From Methanoregula sp. (GTDB taxonomy: Archaea; Halobacteriota; Methanomicrobia; Methanomicrobiales; Methanospirillaceae): 64,000 nucleotides of DNA. The DNA lies in assembly GCA_041653075.1 (NCBI GenBank), contig JBAZFZ010000004.1, forward strand, positions 2,699 through 66,698, given 5' to 3'. Of this stretch, positions 27,492-36,653 are shown one piece after another. The first letter of the stretch is position 1, and every line of letters begins with the position of its first letter. The translations under genes were made by a program, and so were the position numbers. Under the pieces are notes generated by a model. That model had not been told where the DNA came from, did no database searches, and saw only the letters and a program-made list of their open reading frames with translations.

Positions 27492-29594
27492 TTACTGCTC
27501 ACCTCCGAGCAGGAATGCATCGATCTGTGCAACGATCTGTGGGGTTGCAAAGTGCTGCATCCAGATTGCACCGCCGGGACAGAACCCTCCACAGGTACCG
27601 CAGCCTTTGCATTTTGCTTCGGTGACCTGCATGACCGTGCGGCCGTTCTTTTCCACAAGTGAGAGTGCACTGTACGGACAGAGGTTTACACACATACCAC
27701 AGCCTGCGCACTTTTCTTCAATACACTGGGCGAAGTACGGCTCAAGTTCGACTTCACCCATGTGGATTGGGATACTTGCAGCTGACGCTGCACCTTCTGC
27801 CTGTGCTACCGTGTCAGGGATATCTTTCGGGCCCTGGCAGACACCGGCAAGGAAGACACCGGCTGTGGTGGTTCCGCACGGGTTCAGCTTCGGGTGGGCT
27901 TCAAGGAGCCAGCCGTCCTGGGAGCAGGAAACACCGAAGAGCTTCCTTGTCCGGTTGGTATCTGCCTTGGGTTCGATTGCTGCAGCAAGAACAACAAGGT
28001 CGACTTCCATGTCAACCGGGCGGTCGAGCAGGGTGTCATCTGCGTACACGTGGAGGTTCTTGGTCTTGGGATCCTCAAGGATGTTTGCCACACGGCCGCG
28101 GATAAATTTCGCGCCTTCGTTCTGGATACGGTAGTAGAACTCTTCGTACATCTTACCGAACGACCGGATATCCATGTAGAAGATGTAGGGTACAGCACCC
28201 GGGATTTTCTCGGTGATCTGATGGGCATGTTTCAGTGAATACATGCAACAGAACCGCGAACAATACGGCTTACCTATACCGGTATTGTCTCGTGACCCTG
28301 CACAGAGCACGAAGGCAATACGCATTGGGGTCTGGCCATCGCTTGGGCGGACAAGGTGGCCACCGGTTGGGCCAGATGCGCAGATGAGCCGCTCGAATTC
28401 GAGGCTCGTAATGACGTTCTCGTACCTCTTGTATCCCCACTCCTTTTTATTCTCTATCGGGAAGATGTCGTACCCGGTTGCGAGGATGACCGTTCCAACT
28501 TTAACTTTAATGAACTCATCCTGCATGTCGAGGTCGATAGCCCGCTTCTCGGGACCGCACGCGGTCACGCACAGGCCGCACTTGACACAGGCATTGAAGT
28601 CTATGGTGTAAATAAGGGGAACGACCTGCGGATGGTTGATGTAGATCGCCTTCCTCGGCTTCATGCTAATCTCAAAGGCGTTAGGCTTGATAACCGGGCA
28701 GACCGCATCACAGTCACCGCAACCGTTACAACCTCCACCGATAATGCCCTTTGCGGCTGCTTCCTTCGGTGTCATTACACCTCGTGCTTTCTTGCGGATG
28801 GTGACCTCGAAGTTACCGATGTATCCTTCGACTTCGTGGACCTCGGACCAGGTCATAAGTTCAATGTTGGGGCTCCTGCCGACATCCACCATCTTTGGGG
28901 TTAAGATACACTGCGAGCAGTCGAGTGTCGGGAAAGTTTTATCGAGCTGGGACATACGCCCGCCGATGCTCATGTCGGATTCAATGAGGTAGGTCTTGAT
29001 CCCTGCTGCTGCAAGATCGAGTGCTGCCTGCATGCCGGCGACACCGGCTCCGACGACCATCGCTGTCTTTTCGACAGGCACTGACTTCGGGTAAAGATCC
29101 TGAAGGAGTGCAGCTTTTGCAACTGCGATCCGGACTGCATCCTTTGCTTTCTCGGTTGATCCTTCCCGGTCATGCATATGCACCCATGAGTTCTGGTCAC
29201 GGATGTTTGCCATCTCAAACCGGAACGGATTTAAGCCTGCATCCTTGGTTGCCGTTCTGAAGGTTGGCTCGTGGAGACGGGGCGTGCATGCAGCAACGAC
29301 GATACCTGTCAGGTTGTGCTCTTTTGCCGCTTTTTGAATAAGTGTCTGCCCTGGCATTGAGCACATGTACTTGTAGTTATCGACATAGGCCACATGGGGG
29401 ATGGTCTTGGCGTATTCCTGGACTGCGGGGATATCCATTGAGCCGGCGATGTTGGTACCGCAGTGGCAGATGAAAACACCGATACGGGGTTCCTGCTGGG
29501 TAGTTGCACCGGGAGCTGTTACTGGTGCCTCTTTATGGGAGTCCTGTTTCTTGGTCTCGGTCTTTTTAGTTGTTGTTTTCTTCTTTTCAACCAT
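27492..29594 (-). CDS. hdrA: Heterodisulfide reductase subunit A
   Basis: RIGVFICHCGTNI, AACTPRLHE, GAGVAG FAD motif, DKTFPTLDCSQC, CSRFCCMY, ferredoxin motifs. Confidence 0.98.
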   Translation of the reverse strand: MVEKKKTTTKKTETKKQDSHKEAPVTAPGATTQQEPRIGVFICHCGTNIAGSMDIPAVQEYAKTIPHVAYVDNYKYMCSMPGQTLIQKAAKEHNLTGIVVAACTPRLHEPTFRTATKDAGLNPFRFEMANIRDQNSWVHMHDREGSTEKAKDAVRIAVAKAALLQDLYPKSVPVEKTAMVVGAGVAGMQAALDLAAAGIKTYLIESDMSIGGRMSQLDKTFPTLDCSQCILTPKMVDVGRSPNIELMTWSEVHEVEGYIGNFEVTIRKKARGVMTPKEAAAKGIIGGGCNGCGDCDAVCPVIKPNAFEISMKPRKAIYINHPQVVPLIYTIDFNACVKCGLCVTACGPEKRAIDLDMQDEFIKVKVGTVILATGYDIFPIENKKEWGYKRYENVITSLEFERLICASGPTGGHLVRPSDGQTPMRIAFVLCAGSRDNTGIGKPYCSRFCCMYSLKHAHQITEKIPGAVPYIFYMDIRSFGKMYEEFYYRIQNEGAKFIRGRVANILEDPKTKNLHVYADDTLLDRPVDMEVDLVVLAAAIEPKADTNRTRKLFGVSCSQDGWLLEAHPKLNPCGTTTAGVFLAGVCQGPKDIPDTVAQAEGAASAASIPIHMGEVELEPYFAQCIEEKCAGCGMCVNLCPYSALSLVEKNGRTVMQVTEAKCKGCGTCGGFCPGGAIWMQHFATPQIVAQIDAFLLGGEQ

Positions 29595-29604
29595 GTTTCC
29601 CACC

Positions 29605-30528
29605 TCACAGCACCTTCTGCAGGAATGGTTCGCAGCTGATTGCATGGAGATCCAGTCCAAGTTCCTGCGGGCTCATGCCCTGTGCCAGTCCCAGCAGCTC
29701 ACAGTAGTGCAGAACAGGGATGTCATAGCTGACGCCAAATTTTTCCTTGATTTCTATCTGACCGCGGTCAAACTGGAGCTGACAGAACGGGCAGATATTA
29801 GCGAGCGCATCAACTTTTTCTTCAGTGATATTGATAAGTTTCTCGTTGGTGATATCCAGTGAGTGGACGAGATCATACCCCCGCACACCACCGCCAGCAC
29901 CACAGCATTGCATCTTATTACGGTATTCTACGGGAGTTGCACCAATGGCTGCAATCAACTCCTCAAGCCACACCGGGTGTTCTGTGTCTGACATGACACT
30001 CTTTTCGAATTCACGGTCTTTGCGGGGTTTTGTTAAGTGGCAACCATAGTGTACTGCAATCCGTGCACCCGTCAATGGTGTGACAATACTGTCCTTGATC
30101 TTGCTGACACCAACGTATTTCTCATTGTACATCAGTTCGGCGATGTGATAGACATTACAGGTGCCCTTGTATTCCATGTCAATTTCCTTGAGCACCTCGT
30201 TGACGCCGTCACGAAGATCCTTGTTGTGTTTAAGCTTGTGGTTGACTTCCCATATGGATTTGTAACAGCCGTTGCAGAGCAGTGCAATATCCATCTTCAT
30301 CTGTTCTGCAAGTACGAGATTGCGGGCAGCCATTGCATACCAGACATTGAGATCGATTGCTCCAAATGCCCCGGGAGCCGGGCAACAGCTGGCTCCCTTG
30401 AGGGGAACAAGATCAATCCCAAGTTTTTTACAAGTTTTGATTGCTGCCGCTTCACATCCCGGGTACCGGTTCGGTGCAATACAGCCCAGATAGAATGCGA
30501 ACGTGTGGTTTGCTTTGGATTCAGACAT
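29605..30528 (-). CDS. hdrB: Heterodisulfide reductase subunit B
   Basis: Two CCG domains (SCCPAPG...CNGC and QCCGAGGG...CPFC). Confidence 0.97.
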   Translation of the reverse strand: MSESKANHTFAFYLGCIAPNRYPGCEAAAIKTCKKLGIDLVPLKGASCCPAPGAFGAIDLNVWYAMAARNLVLAEQMKMDIALLCNGCYKSIWEVNHKLKHNKDLRDGVNEVLKEIDMEYKGTCNVYHIAELMYNEKYVGVSKIKDSIVTPLTGARIAVHYGCHLTKPRKDREFEKSVMSDTEHPVWLEELIAAIGATPVEYRNKMQCCGAGGGVRGYDLVHSLDITNEKLINITEEKVDALANICPFCQLQFDRGQIEIKEKFGVSYDIPVLHYCELLGLAQGMSPQELGLDLHAISCEPFLQKVL

Positions 30529-30534
30529 GGTTGC

Positions 30535-31116
30535 TTATCCCTCCCGTTCCTTGATGATCCTGTCAGCATTTTCCTTCATGTGATAGTGATCGAGGAGTTT
30601 TTGGATCCCGGGCATATATTCAGGATACATATGGGTAGTTGGCGGGTCACGTGTCAGGCCGAGTTTTTCACGGGCTGCACGGTTGACATCATTGTTTGGC
30701 ACACCATGACCGGTTTTATAGATTGCCTGAACGGTCTTGAGGAAGTTCACTGGCACGATATCATGCGTGAACGCTATATTTCTCATTGCCATGATAACAT
30801 CGGTCGGTGCAATATCCCTCGGGCATCGGTCTGTACAGCTGTAGCATGTCGTACAAAGCCACAGATCCGGATCGGTGAGTGCTTCGTTTTCAAGTCCAAG
30901 TACTGCTCTCCGCATGAACTTGCGGATACGGTATGAGCTTCTTGGTGCTGATGGACATGATCCAGTGCAGGTACCGCACTGGTAACACATATGAGCCATC
31001 GTACGTGCTGAGGCCTCGATCCTCTTGACAAAGTCAGGTGTCGAATCTTCACCGTAATACCGCTGATCCTGAAGTTTCTTATCCAGTGCTTCCGGGTAAC
31101 CTTTTGTTCTTGCCAT
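30535..31116 (-). CDS. hdrC: Heterodisulfide reductase subunit C
   Basis: CYQCGTCTGSCP and WLCTTCYSCTDRCPR. Confidence 0.97.
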   Translation of the reverse strand: MARTKGYPEALDKKLQDQRYYGEDSTPDFVKRIEASARTMAHMCYQCGTCTGSCPSAPRSSYRIRKFMRRAVLGLENEALTDPDLWLCTTCYSCTDRCPRDIAPTDVIMAMRNIAFTHDIVPVNFLKTVQAIYKTGHGVPNNDVNRAAREKLGLTRDPPTTHMYPEYMPGIQKLLDHYHMKENADRIIKEREG

Positions 31117-31125
31117 TCTGCTCCC

Positions 31126-32298
31126 TCACGCCTTCTCCATCACTTTTAGTCCGACCTGTCCGGCAATGCCTTCCTTGACCTTGGATGTCCTCTTTGTGCA
31201 GAGTTTCTCCTTGATCTTCTTGAACAGGTCTGTTTCCGTGCCTTTCATGCGGATACCGGTCCTCTGGAGAACAATGATGTCCTCACCCGGACATGCATTC
31301 ACACAGGCACCACACAGAATACAGAAATCCTTATTGACTGCAATTTTTGACTCGATATTGTGGCCCATGTCCGCAGCCGGCACTTCACTTGGAAGATAAA
31401 TTGCGTTTGCCGGGCAGATCTCGGCACAGGTTGAACAGCCACCTGGGCATTTCTCAGCGTGGAACTCAATTTCTCCTTCGAAGATCTTTTCGACGGTAAT
31501 CGCCTCGGCGGGACAGCTCTTGGCACACCATCTGCAGGTACAGCAGTTGTCCTTGACAATGCTGACTTTACCTTCAACTTTATCAGAGATGATCTCGCGT
31601 TCAACGGTGATCGCTTCAGTGGGACATGCCTCAACACAAATTTTGCAGGCATTGCACTTTGCTTCGTCCCAGATTACCTCCCCTTCAACTTTGCCGGATT
31701 CCGGAGAGAATTCCTTGTGCTGGACCTTGAGTGCCGGACAAAGAGCTCCGCACAGACCACAGACCGTACACTTTTCCTTGTCGACCGTGAATGTCGTCTT
31801 GGACTTGATAGCGGTGTGGCGTTCTCTGCCTCCTGCAACCGGGCCTTTGTAGGTTCCTTCGAAAGCCGGGACATTGCGATCGATTGCGTCACGGGGGCAC
31901 ACTTCCTCGCAGGTCGTGCACCTGACACATTTCTCATCGTCAATCTCTGCTTTCATATCGTACTGCGGGAATCCTTCTTTTTCAAGGATCGGGAGCCGCT
32001 CTTCTTGGTTGACCTTCAGCGTTAATGCATTGAAGGGGCACATTACAACGCATACACCACAATACGAGCACTTTGTCTCGTCAACTTCAATCGGGGCTGC
32101 GTAGTTAATAGCACCTCTGCGGGCTGCACCAACAAGTCCAAGGACGATTGCCTCCTCGGGACATGCTTCTGCGCAGATTCCGCAACCTGTACAGGCTTCT
32201 GAATTCAGAATCAGGTTGTTAACATCCTGAAGGAGACGCTGCTCCATCACAATGTTAATCCCATCCCTCTTTTTGGAAAACTTTGGAAACAATGCCAT
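31126..32298 (-). CDS. fwdF: Formylmethanofuran dehydrogenase polyferredoxin subunit F
   Basis: Eight CxxCxxCxxxCP-type motifs in 390 aa; adjacent to hdrC as in Methanomicrobiales Fmd-Hdr clusters. Confidence 0.85.
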   Translation of the reverse strand: MALFPKFSKKRDGINIVMEQRLLQDVNNLILNSEACTGCGICAEACPEEAIVLGLVGAARRGAINYAAPIEVDETKCSYCGVCVVMCPFNALTLKVNQEERLPILEKEGFPQYDMKAEIDDEKCVRCTTCEEVCPRDAIDRNVPAFEGTYKGPVAGGRERHTAIKSKTTFTVDKEKCTVCGLCGALCPALKVQHKEFSPESGKVEGEVIWDEAKCNACKICVEACPTEAITVEREIISDKVEGKVSIVKDNCCTCRWCAKSCPAEAITVEKIFEGEIEFHAEKCPGGCSTCAEICPANAIYLPSEVPAADMGHNIESKIAVNKDFCILCGACVNACPGEDIIVLQRTGIRMKGTETDLFKKIKEKLCTKRTSKVKEGIAGQVGLKVMEKA

Positions 32299-32321
32299 GA
32301 AATAACCCTCACGCTATTTCT

Positions 32322-32588
32322 CTATTGCACCTTTGCCTCTGCTCTGGTTTCCCAGAGCCCTGCCAGCCTGATAACATCATGCGGACATGCCTGAACGCAC
32401 ACACCACAACCGGCGCAGAGCTCACCATTGACATCGAGTACTATGGATTTTCCATCCTTGACTTTGTAGATCTTATCTGTAAGTACAGGATCTACGGTGT
32501 GAAGCTCTAATGCGTCCACCGGGCATGCGACGACACAATTGTTACAGCCGGTACAATGTTCCATGTTGATATGCACTGCAAACGTCAT
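32322..32588 (-). CDS. fwdG: Formylmethanofuran dehydrogenase subunit G (2x[4Fe-4S]); start may be the GTG at 32600
   Basis: CTGCNNCVVACP and CAGCGVCVQACP; upstream of fwdF. Confidence 0.8.
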   Translation of the reverse strand: MTFAVHINMEHCTGCNNCVVACPVDALELHTVDPVLTDKIYKVKDGKSIVLDVNGELCAGCGVCVQACPHDVIRLAGLWETRAEAKVQ

Positions 32589-32890
32589 GATTTCATGCAC
32601 CAGCTATGATCGATTGCAAAATCGATTATCAAAAGAGTGGTGAAAGAATCTAGATAAATGTTCTGAAATCTACTGCGTTATACCGGATTGATATAATATT
32701 TTTTTTAATCATGGTCCATATGCAATTTAGATGAGTTAACTAACACCGGTAAACCTGCAACTAATTTGATTCAAAAGTACTTATGCGCTCTTTGATTCCT
32801 CATTTCCGGGTAATCTGAAACCTTACCAAATCAAATGAGAATCTTTATTCCCTAGTAATCAAGGTACTTTTGTATACCGGAGGTTATGTT

Positions 32891-33775
32891 ATGGAACTTA
32901 ACGGTGTTTCGATTGATAATACCTATGCAGAGGCATTCCCTACCTGGGTCTGCCGTGTGATAATAACTGCAGTGACCAAGAACTGGGCACTTAATGCTGC
33001 AACAGAGGCAACCGGGTTTGCAACTTCAGCAATTGGATGCCCCTGCGAAGCAGGCATTGAGAATATTCTTTCCGGAAGTGAAACACCTGATGGACGCCCG
33101 GGCGTTTCAATCCTTATCTGTGCCGGTAAGAAGGCGCTCAAGGAGCAGGTTATGGAACGGCTTGCAGAGTGCGTCCTGACTTCACCGACCACGGCAGTCT
33201 TTAATGGTCTCCCGGCAGCAGAGGAAAAGGTCCCGGTGAAACTTCACTTCTTTGGCGATGGCTATGAGTACCAGAAGGAAGTCGGCGGAAGGAAGTGCTG
33301 GGCAATCCCCATCATGAACGGGGAATATATCGGTGAAGAGGAATTTGGCATTGTCAAGGGAGTTGCCGGCGGGAACTTCTTTATCATGGGTGAGAACCAG
33401 ATGGCAGCCCTTACTGCAGCAGAGGCAGCATCCGATGCAATTGCCGATGTGAAAGGTGTCATCACGAGCTTCCCCGGTGGTATCGTTGCCAGCGGTTCGA
33501 AGGTCGGCAGCCTGAAGTACAAATTCATGAAGGCCTCGACAAACGAGAAGTACTGCCCGACACTCCGGGAAAAAGTTGCTGACAGCAAGGTGCCGGCCGG
33601 TGTCAAAGCTGTGTACGAGATCGTTATCGATGGTATCGATGAAAAGAGCGTTGCTGCTGCAATGGGTGCAGGTATCAAAGCAGCAGTCATGGTTCCGGGT
33701 GTGAAGTTTATCTCTGCCGGAAACTTTGGTGGCAACCTTGGGCCGTTCAAGCTTGAACTTGAAAAGGTCCTTTAA
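32891..33775 (+). CDS. ftr: Formylmethanofuran:tetrahydromethanopterin formyltransferase
   Basis: IDNTYAEAF, TPDGRPG, GVAGGNF, SGSKVGS, AGNFGGNLGP. Confidence 0.98.
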   Translation: MELNGVSIDNTYAEAFPTWVCRVIITAVTKNWALNAATEATGFATSAIGCPCEAGIENILSGSETPDGRPGVSILICAGKKALKEQVMERLAECVLTSPTTAVFNGLPAAEEKVPVKLHFFGDGYEYQKEVGGRKCWAIPIMNGEYIGEEEFGIVKGVAGGNFFIMGENQMAALTAAEAASDAIADVKGVITSFPGGIVASGSKVGSLKYKFMKASTNEKYCPTLREKVADSKVPAGVKAVYEIVIDGIDEKSVAAAMGAGIKAAVMVPGVKFISAGNFGGNLGPFKLELEKVL

Positions 33776-33866
33776 ATCTCTTTTTGTGTTATTTTTCTTC
33801 AGTTTACCCAGTCTATATATAGGGTTAATGCCGATTATTTTGTTAACGAAAATTTCGGCGATAACC

Positions 33867-34823
33867 ATGATCACCCTTACTCCCGAGGAAGTGAAGGCCC
33901 GGTTCGGGCAACTTTTCTCAAAGAAGTTCCTCGTTATGGTAGATGAACAGGCAGGATTTGCAGAGATCATCGAGCAATGCCAGGCACGCGGTACCATTGA
34001 ATGGGATGCGATGAACCGGCGCCGGGCCGGGGGAGCTGTGGCTTCCTGTGATGTGGAGGGAAGCACGATGACTCTCCGGGCACATCTTGGCCACCATCCG
34101 GTCAACTTCGGGCCAGCAGCCGGTTCGATTGGTGGCCAGGCACTGGAGGCCGTTGAAGTGGACGGCGACACTGTTGTGACCACCTGGTCCGGTATCGCCG
34201 GGGCCGGTGTTGGCATTGCAGCATGTCTCCCCCAGGCACCCGGCGTCATCCGGGCTGAGTACCCTTCAGAAGATGACCTGAAAATCGGAGGAGCCCGTAT
34301 GAATCACGTGCGGATTGTCTCGCCGCTCTACGAGAAGGTATGTTTCGGGATCGATGACACCGATACAAAAGCCGAAGGTGCGACCTGGGTCATGGCCCTC
34401 AAGTGCGCCGGTGCCTGCACCGTTAAAGGTGTGGAATTTCTTAATATGCGCCTTGTCCAGCTCAACCCGAAAGTGCCGAACAAGACCACCAACTGTGTCG
34501 GATCGGCCCTCAATTTTGCAGCACGGCCGGAGAGTATTCCCGCACTCAAGGAGTTCGTCCGTTCATTTGTTGAGAAGAACTCGGTCTCAAAGGACACGGG
34601 GATCGCGTTCTACCGTGGCCTCTCGCTTAAGAAGGATTCCCCCCTGCTCAAAGGGATCAAGACCGAGATCCTCTCCCTTGAACCGGTCGAGTTGGAAGCA
34701 AAGCGCCTGGGTATCGAGTACCTTGACGGGAACGGGAGAAAGGGCCGGATTGGGGCGCTTGGTGCCGTACTCTGGGCAAACCGCGGGGTTGAGGCAGCAG
34801 GACTCTATGGCGAACATCTCTGA
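33867..34823 (+). CDS. Methanogenesis marker protein 11-like, paralogue 1 (C-terminal TiaS-like kinase domain)
   Basis: GIDDTD..EGATW, LVQLNPKVPNKTTNC, GRIGALGA; similar to the next gene along its whole length. Confidence 0.8.
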   Translation: MITLTPEEVKARFGQLFSKKFLVMVDEQAGFAEIIEQCQARGTIEWDAMNRRRAGGAVASCDVEGSTMTLRAHLGHHPVNFGPAAGSIGGQALEAVEVDGDTVVTTWSGIAGAGVGIAACLPQAPGVIRAEYPSEDDLKIGGARMNHVRIVSPLYEKVCFGIDDTDTKAEGATWVMALKCAGACTVKGVEFLNMRLVQLNPKVPNKTTNCVGSALNFAARPESIPALKEFVRSFVEKNSVSKDTGIAFYRGLSLKKDSPLLKGIKTEILSLEPVELEAKRLGIEYLDGNGRKGRIGALGAVLWANRGVEAAGLYGEHL

Positions 34824-35703
34824 CCCGTACAGCATCCGCTACCATAGGATCGTGGCGTTAGCGGATGGATCCGGCAGCCGGGTCGAACTTGTGGAATTCT
34901 TCGACTGTGTCGGCGGGGCAATGTGGACACAGTACCACTATGCAGAGAGCCCGCTTGTTGAGAGCGTCCGCTGTGTCGGCGCAACGAGCCGATTCCTCCT
35001 CAAACCGGGGTCAGTCAACCTCGCACTCGAAGGATCCCGTTTTCCGGCAGGGATTTCCGGCATTACTGTTTCGGGCGACGAAATTGCCGTTACCTATATA
35101 GGCATGGGTGGTGGGGGAGTCGGGGCGACGACCTGTCGGGCGGCTGCAAAAGGCGTGCTGCGCGAACACTGCGATCCCTCCGGGGGGGGAAAGGTAGCCT
35201 CGGCAACGCTCTGGCTGCCACGCATGCAGCGGGTGCTTATCGGTGTTGACGATACCGATACGCCCGAAGCCGGGGCAACCTGGACCCTTGTCCACAATAT
35301 TGCACAGGCCGTCGAAGATGAAGATGCAATATATCTATCCCATACGATAGTCCAGCTCTACCCGGTTCCGTACCGGACCAAGAACTGTGTCGGGCTTGTC
35401 GTTGAGTTTGCCACAACCAGCCCGGACACGCTTATCGAACGGTTCCGAAGCCTTCTTGAAAAATACACCCTGTCGGAAAAGACCGGCATGGCGGCGTACA
35501 CCGGGTTTGAACCTTCAGAACACCTGGAAGCGTACGGCTGGAATGTCAAACGGGGCGAGGTCAGCCCGGGCCTTATCGCACAGCTTGACGACAATGATCT
35601 CCGGATCTGCATGAACGGCCGTGGGATTGTCGGTGCTGTAGCGGCAATTCCCTTTTATACGAGATATAATGAGGCGCTGGAATTATGCGATGGCAAGACA
35701 TAA
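34807..35703 (+). CDS. Methanogenesis marker protein 11, paralogue 2 (C-terminal TiaS-like kinase domain)
   Basis: ATG at 34807 overlaps the upstream gene by 17 nt; GMGGGGVGA, IGVDDTDT..GATW, IVQLYPVPYRTKNC, GRGIVGAVAA. Confidence 0.85.
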   Translation: MANISDPYSIRYHRIVALADGSGSRVELVEFFDCVGGAMWTQYHYAESPLVESVRCVGATSRFLLKPGSVNLALEGSRFPAGISGITVSGDEIAVTYIGMGGGGVGATTCRAAAKGVLREHCDPSGGGKVASATLWLPRMQRVLIGVDDTDTPEAGATWTLVHNIAQAVEDEDAIYLSHTIVQLYPVPYRTKNCVGLVVEFATTSPDTLIERFRSLLEKYTLSEKTGMAAYTGFEPSEHLEAYGWNVKRGEVSPGLIAQLDDNDLRICMNGRGIVGAVAAIPFYTRYNEALELCDGKT

Positions 35704-36653
35704 AAGCGCGGCTTCTTGAAGCAGGATCGGCACGGCTCATCGGTGAACCGGCTAACCGTTACATCGCAACATCGACTGCGGGCCCGGGAGCCGGGGGTCT
35801 GGGTTCGATCTTCTTTGCGATGGGAAGCCACCGGGTGAAATTTGCACTTAACCCTGAAAGCAGCATCGAGATTGTCCACCGGGGCGGGGGCGTGGCCGAC
35901 CTCTATTATAATGACCAGCAGGTCTCCGGGAGGCTCCTTGAACCCGGACTTCACTGTCCGGACCAGGCGTTTATTACCGTCACCGAAAATTGCATCTTCC
36001 ACTGCACCTATTGCCCGGTGCCAACCCATCCCGGGAAACGCAAATCCGTGCGGGAGATCATGGACCGTGTCGAATCCGTCCGCCACCGGATCACTGCAAT
36101 TTCCCTGACAAGTGGGGTGATGGGGAGCATTGAAGAAGAGGAGGCTTATGTCTGCGAGGTTATCCGCCACTTAACGTTTTTTGATCTCCCCATTGGTGTT
36201 TCGATCTACCCGACCGATCAGACGCCGGACCGGCTCAAGGAGCTCGGGGTTACCGAAGTAAAGTTCAACATCGAAGCTGCGACCCCCGGACTTTTCGCAA
36301 AAGTCTGCCCGGGGCTCGATTACGACCGTCTCATGAGTGTGCTTGACCGCTCCGTAGAACTCTTCGGGCGGGGCAGGGTGTACTCCAATGTCATCATCGG
36401 CCTTGGGGAGACCGATGAGGAAATGAGGGCCTGCATCTCCCGGCTTACCTCTCACGGGGTGATCCCGGTGCTTCGTCCGCTCAATCCGGTGGCAGGGTTT
36501 GCCGGGAGCAGCCGGCCTTCGGCCGAACGGCTCAAAAAGATCTTTTCCCTGCACAGTATCTCACTCAAAAGTGCCGGCCTTGACACGACAAAGGCCCTGA
36601 CGATGTGTACACCCTGTGCCGGTTGTGATCTTGTCCCGGGGAGGGATGAATGA
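35685..36653 (+). CDS. Radical SAM protein (biotin-synthase-related, MSMEG_0568-like) with C-terminal CxxCxxC
   Basis: STAGPGAG, HCP, CIFHCTYC, FNIE, IIGLGET, C-terminal CTPCAGC. Confidence 0.85.
   Translation: MRWQDIKARLLEAGSARLIGEPANRYIATSTAGPGAGGLGSIFFAMGSHRVKFALNPESSIEIVHRGGGVADLYYNDQQVSGRLLEPGLHCPDQAFITVTENCIFHCTYCPVPTHPGKRKSVREIMDRVESVRHRITAISLTSGVMGSIEEEEAYVCEVIRHLTFFDLPIGVSIYPTDQTPDRLKELGVTEVKFNIEAATPGLFAKVCPGLDYDRLMSVLDRSVELFGRGRVYSNVIIGLGETDEEMRACISRLTSHGVIPVLRPLNPVAGFAGSSRPSAERLKKIFSLHSISLKSAGLDTTKALTMCTPCAGCDLVPGRDE

Noticed and set aside
32781-32790. TTATGCGC upstream of ftr, and CATATGCGTAA near 46413, as further operator copies
   Set aside because: Both are partial matches lacking the full dyad and the TATA-adjacent layout of the three accepted copies.
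33867-35703. Calling the GxDDTD proteins TiaS
   Set aside because: The kinase-like domain is C-terminal, and the OB-fold and Zn-ribbon tRNA-binding domains of TiaS are absent.
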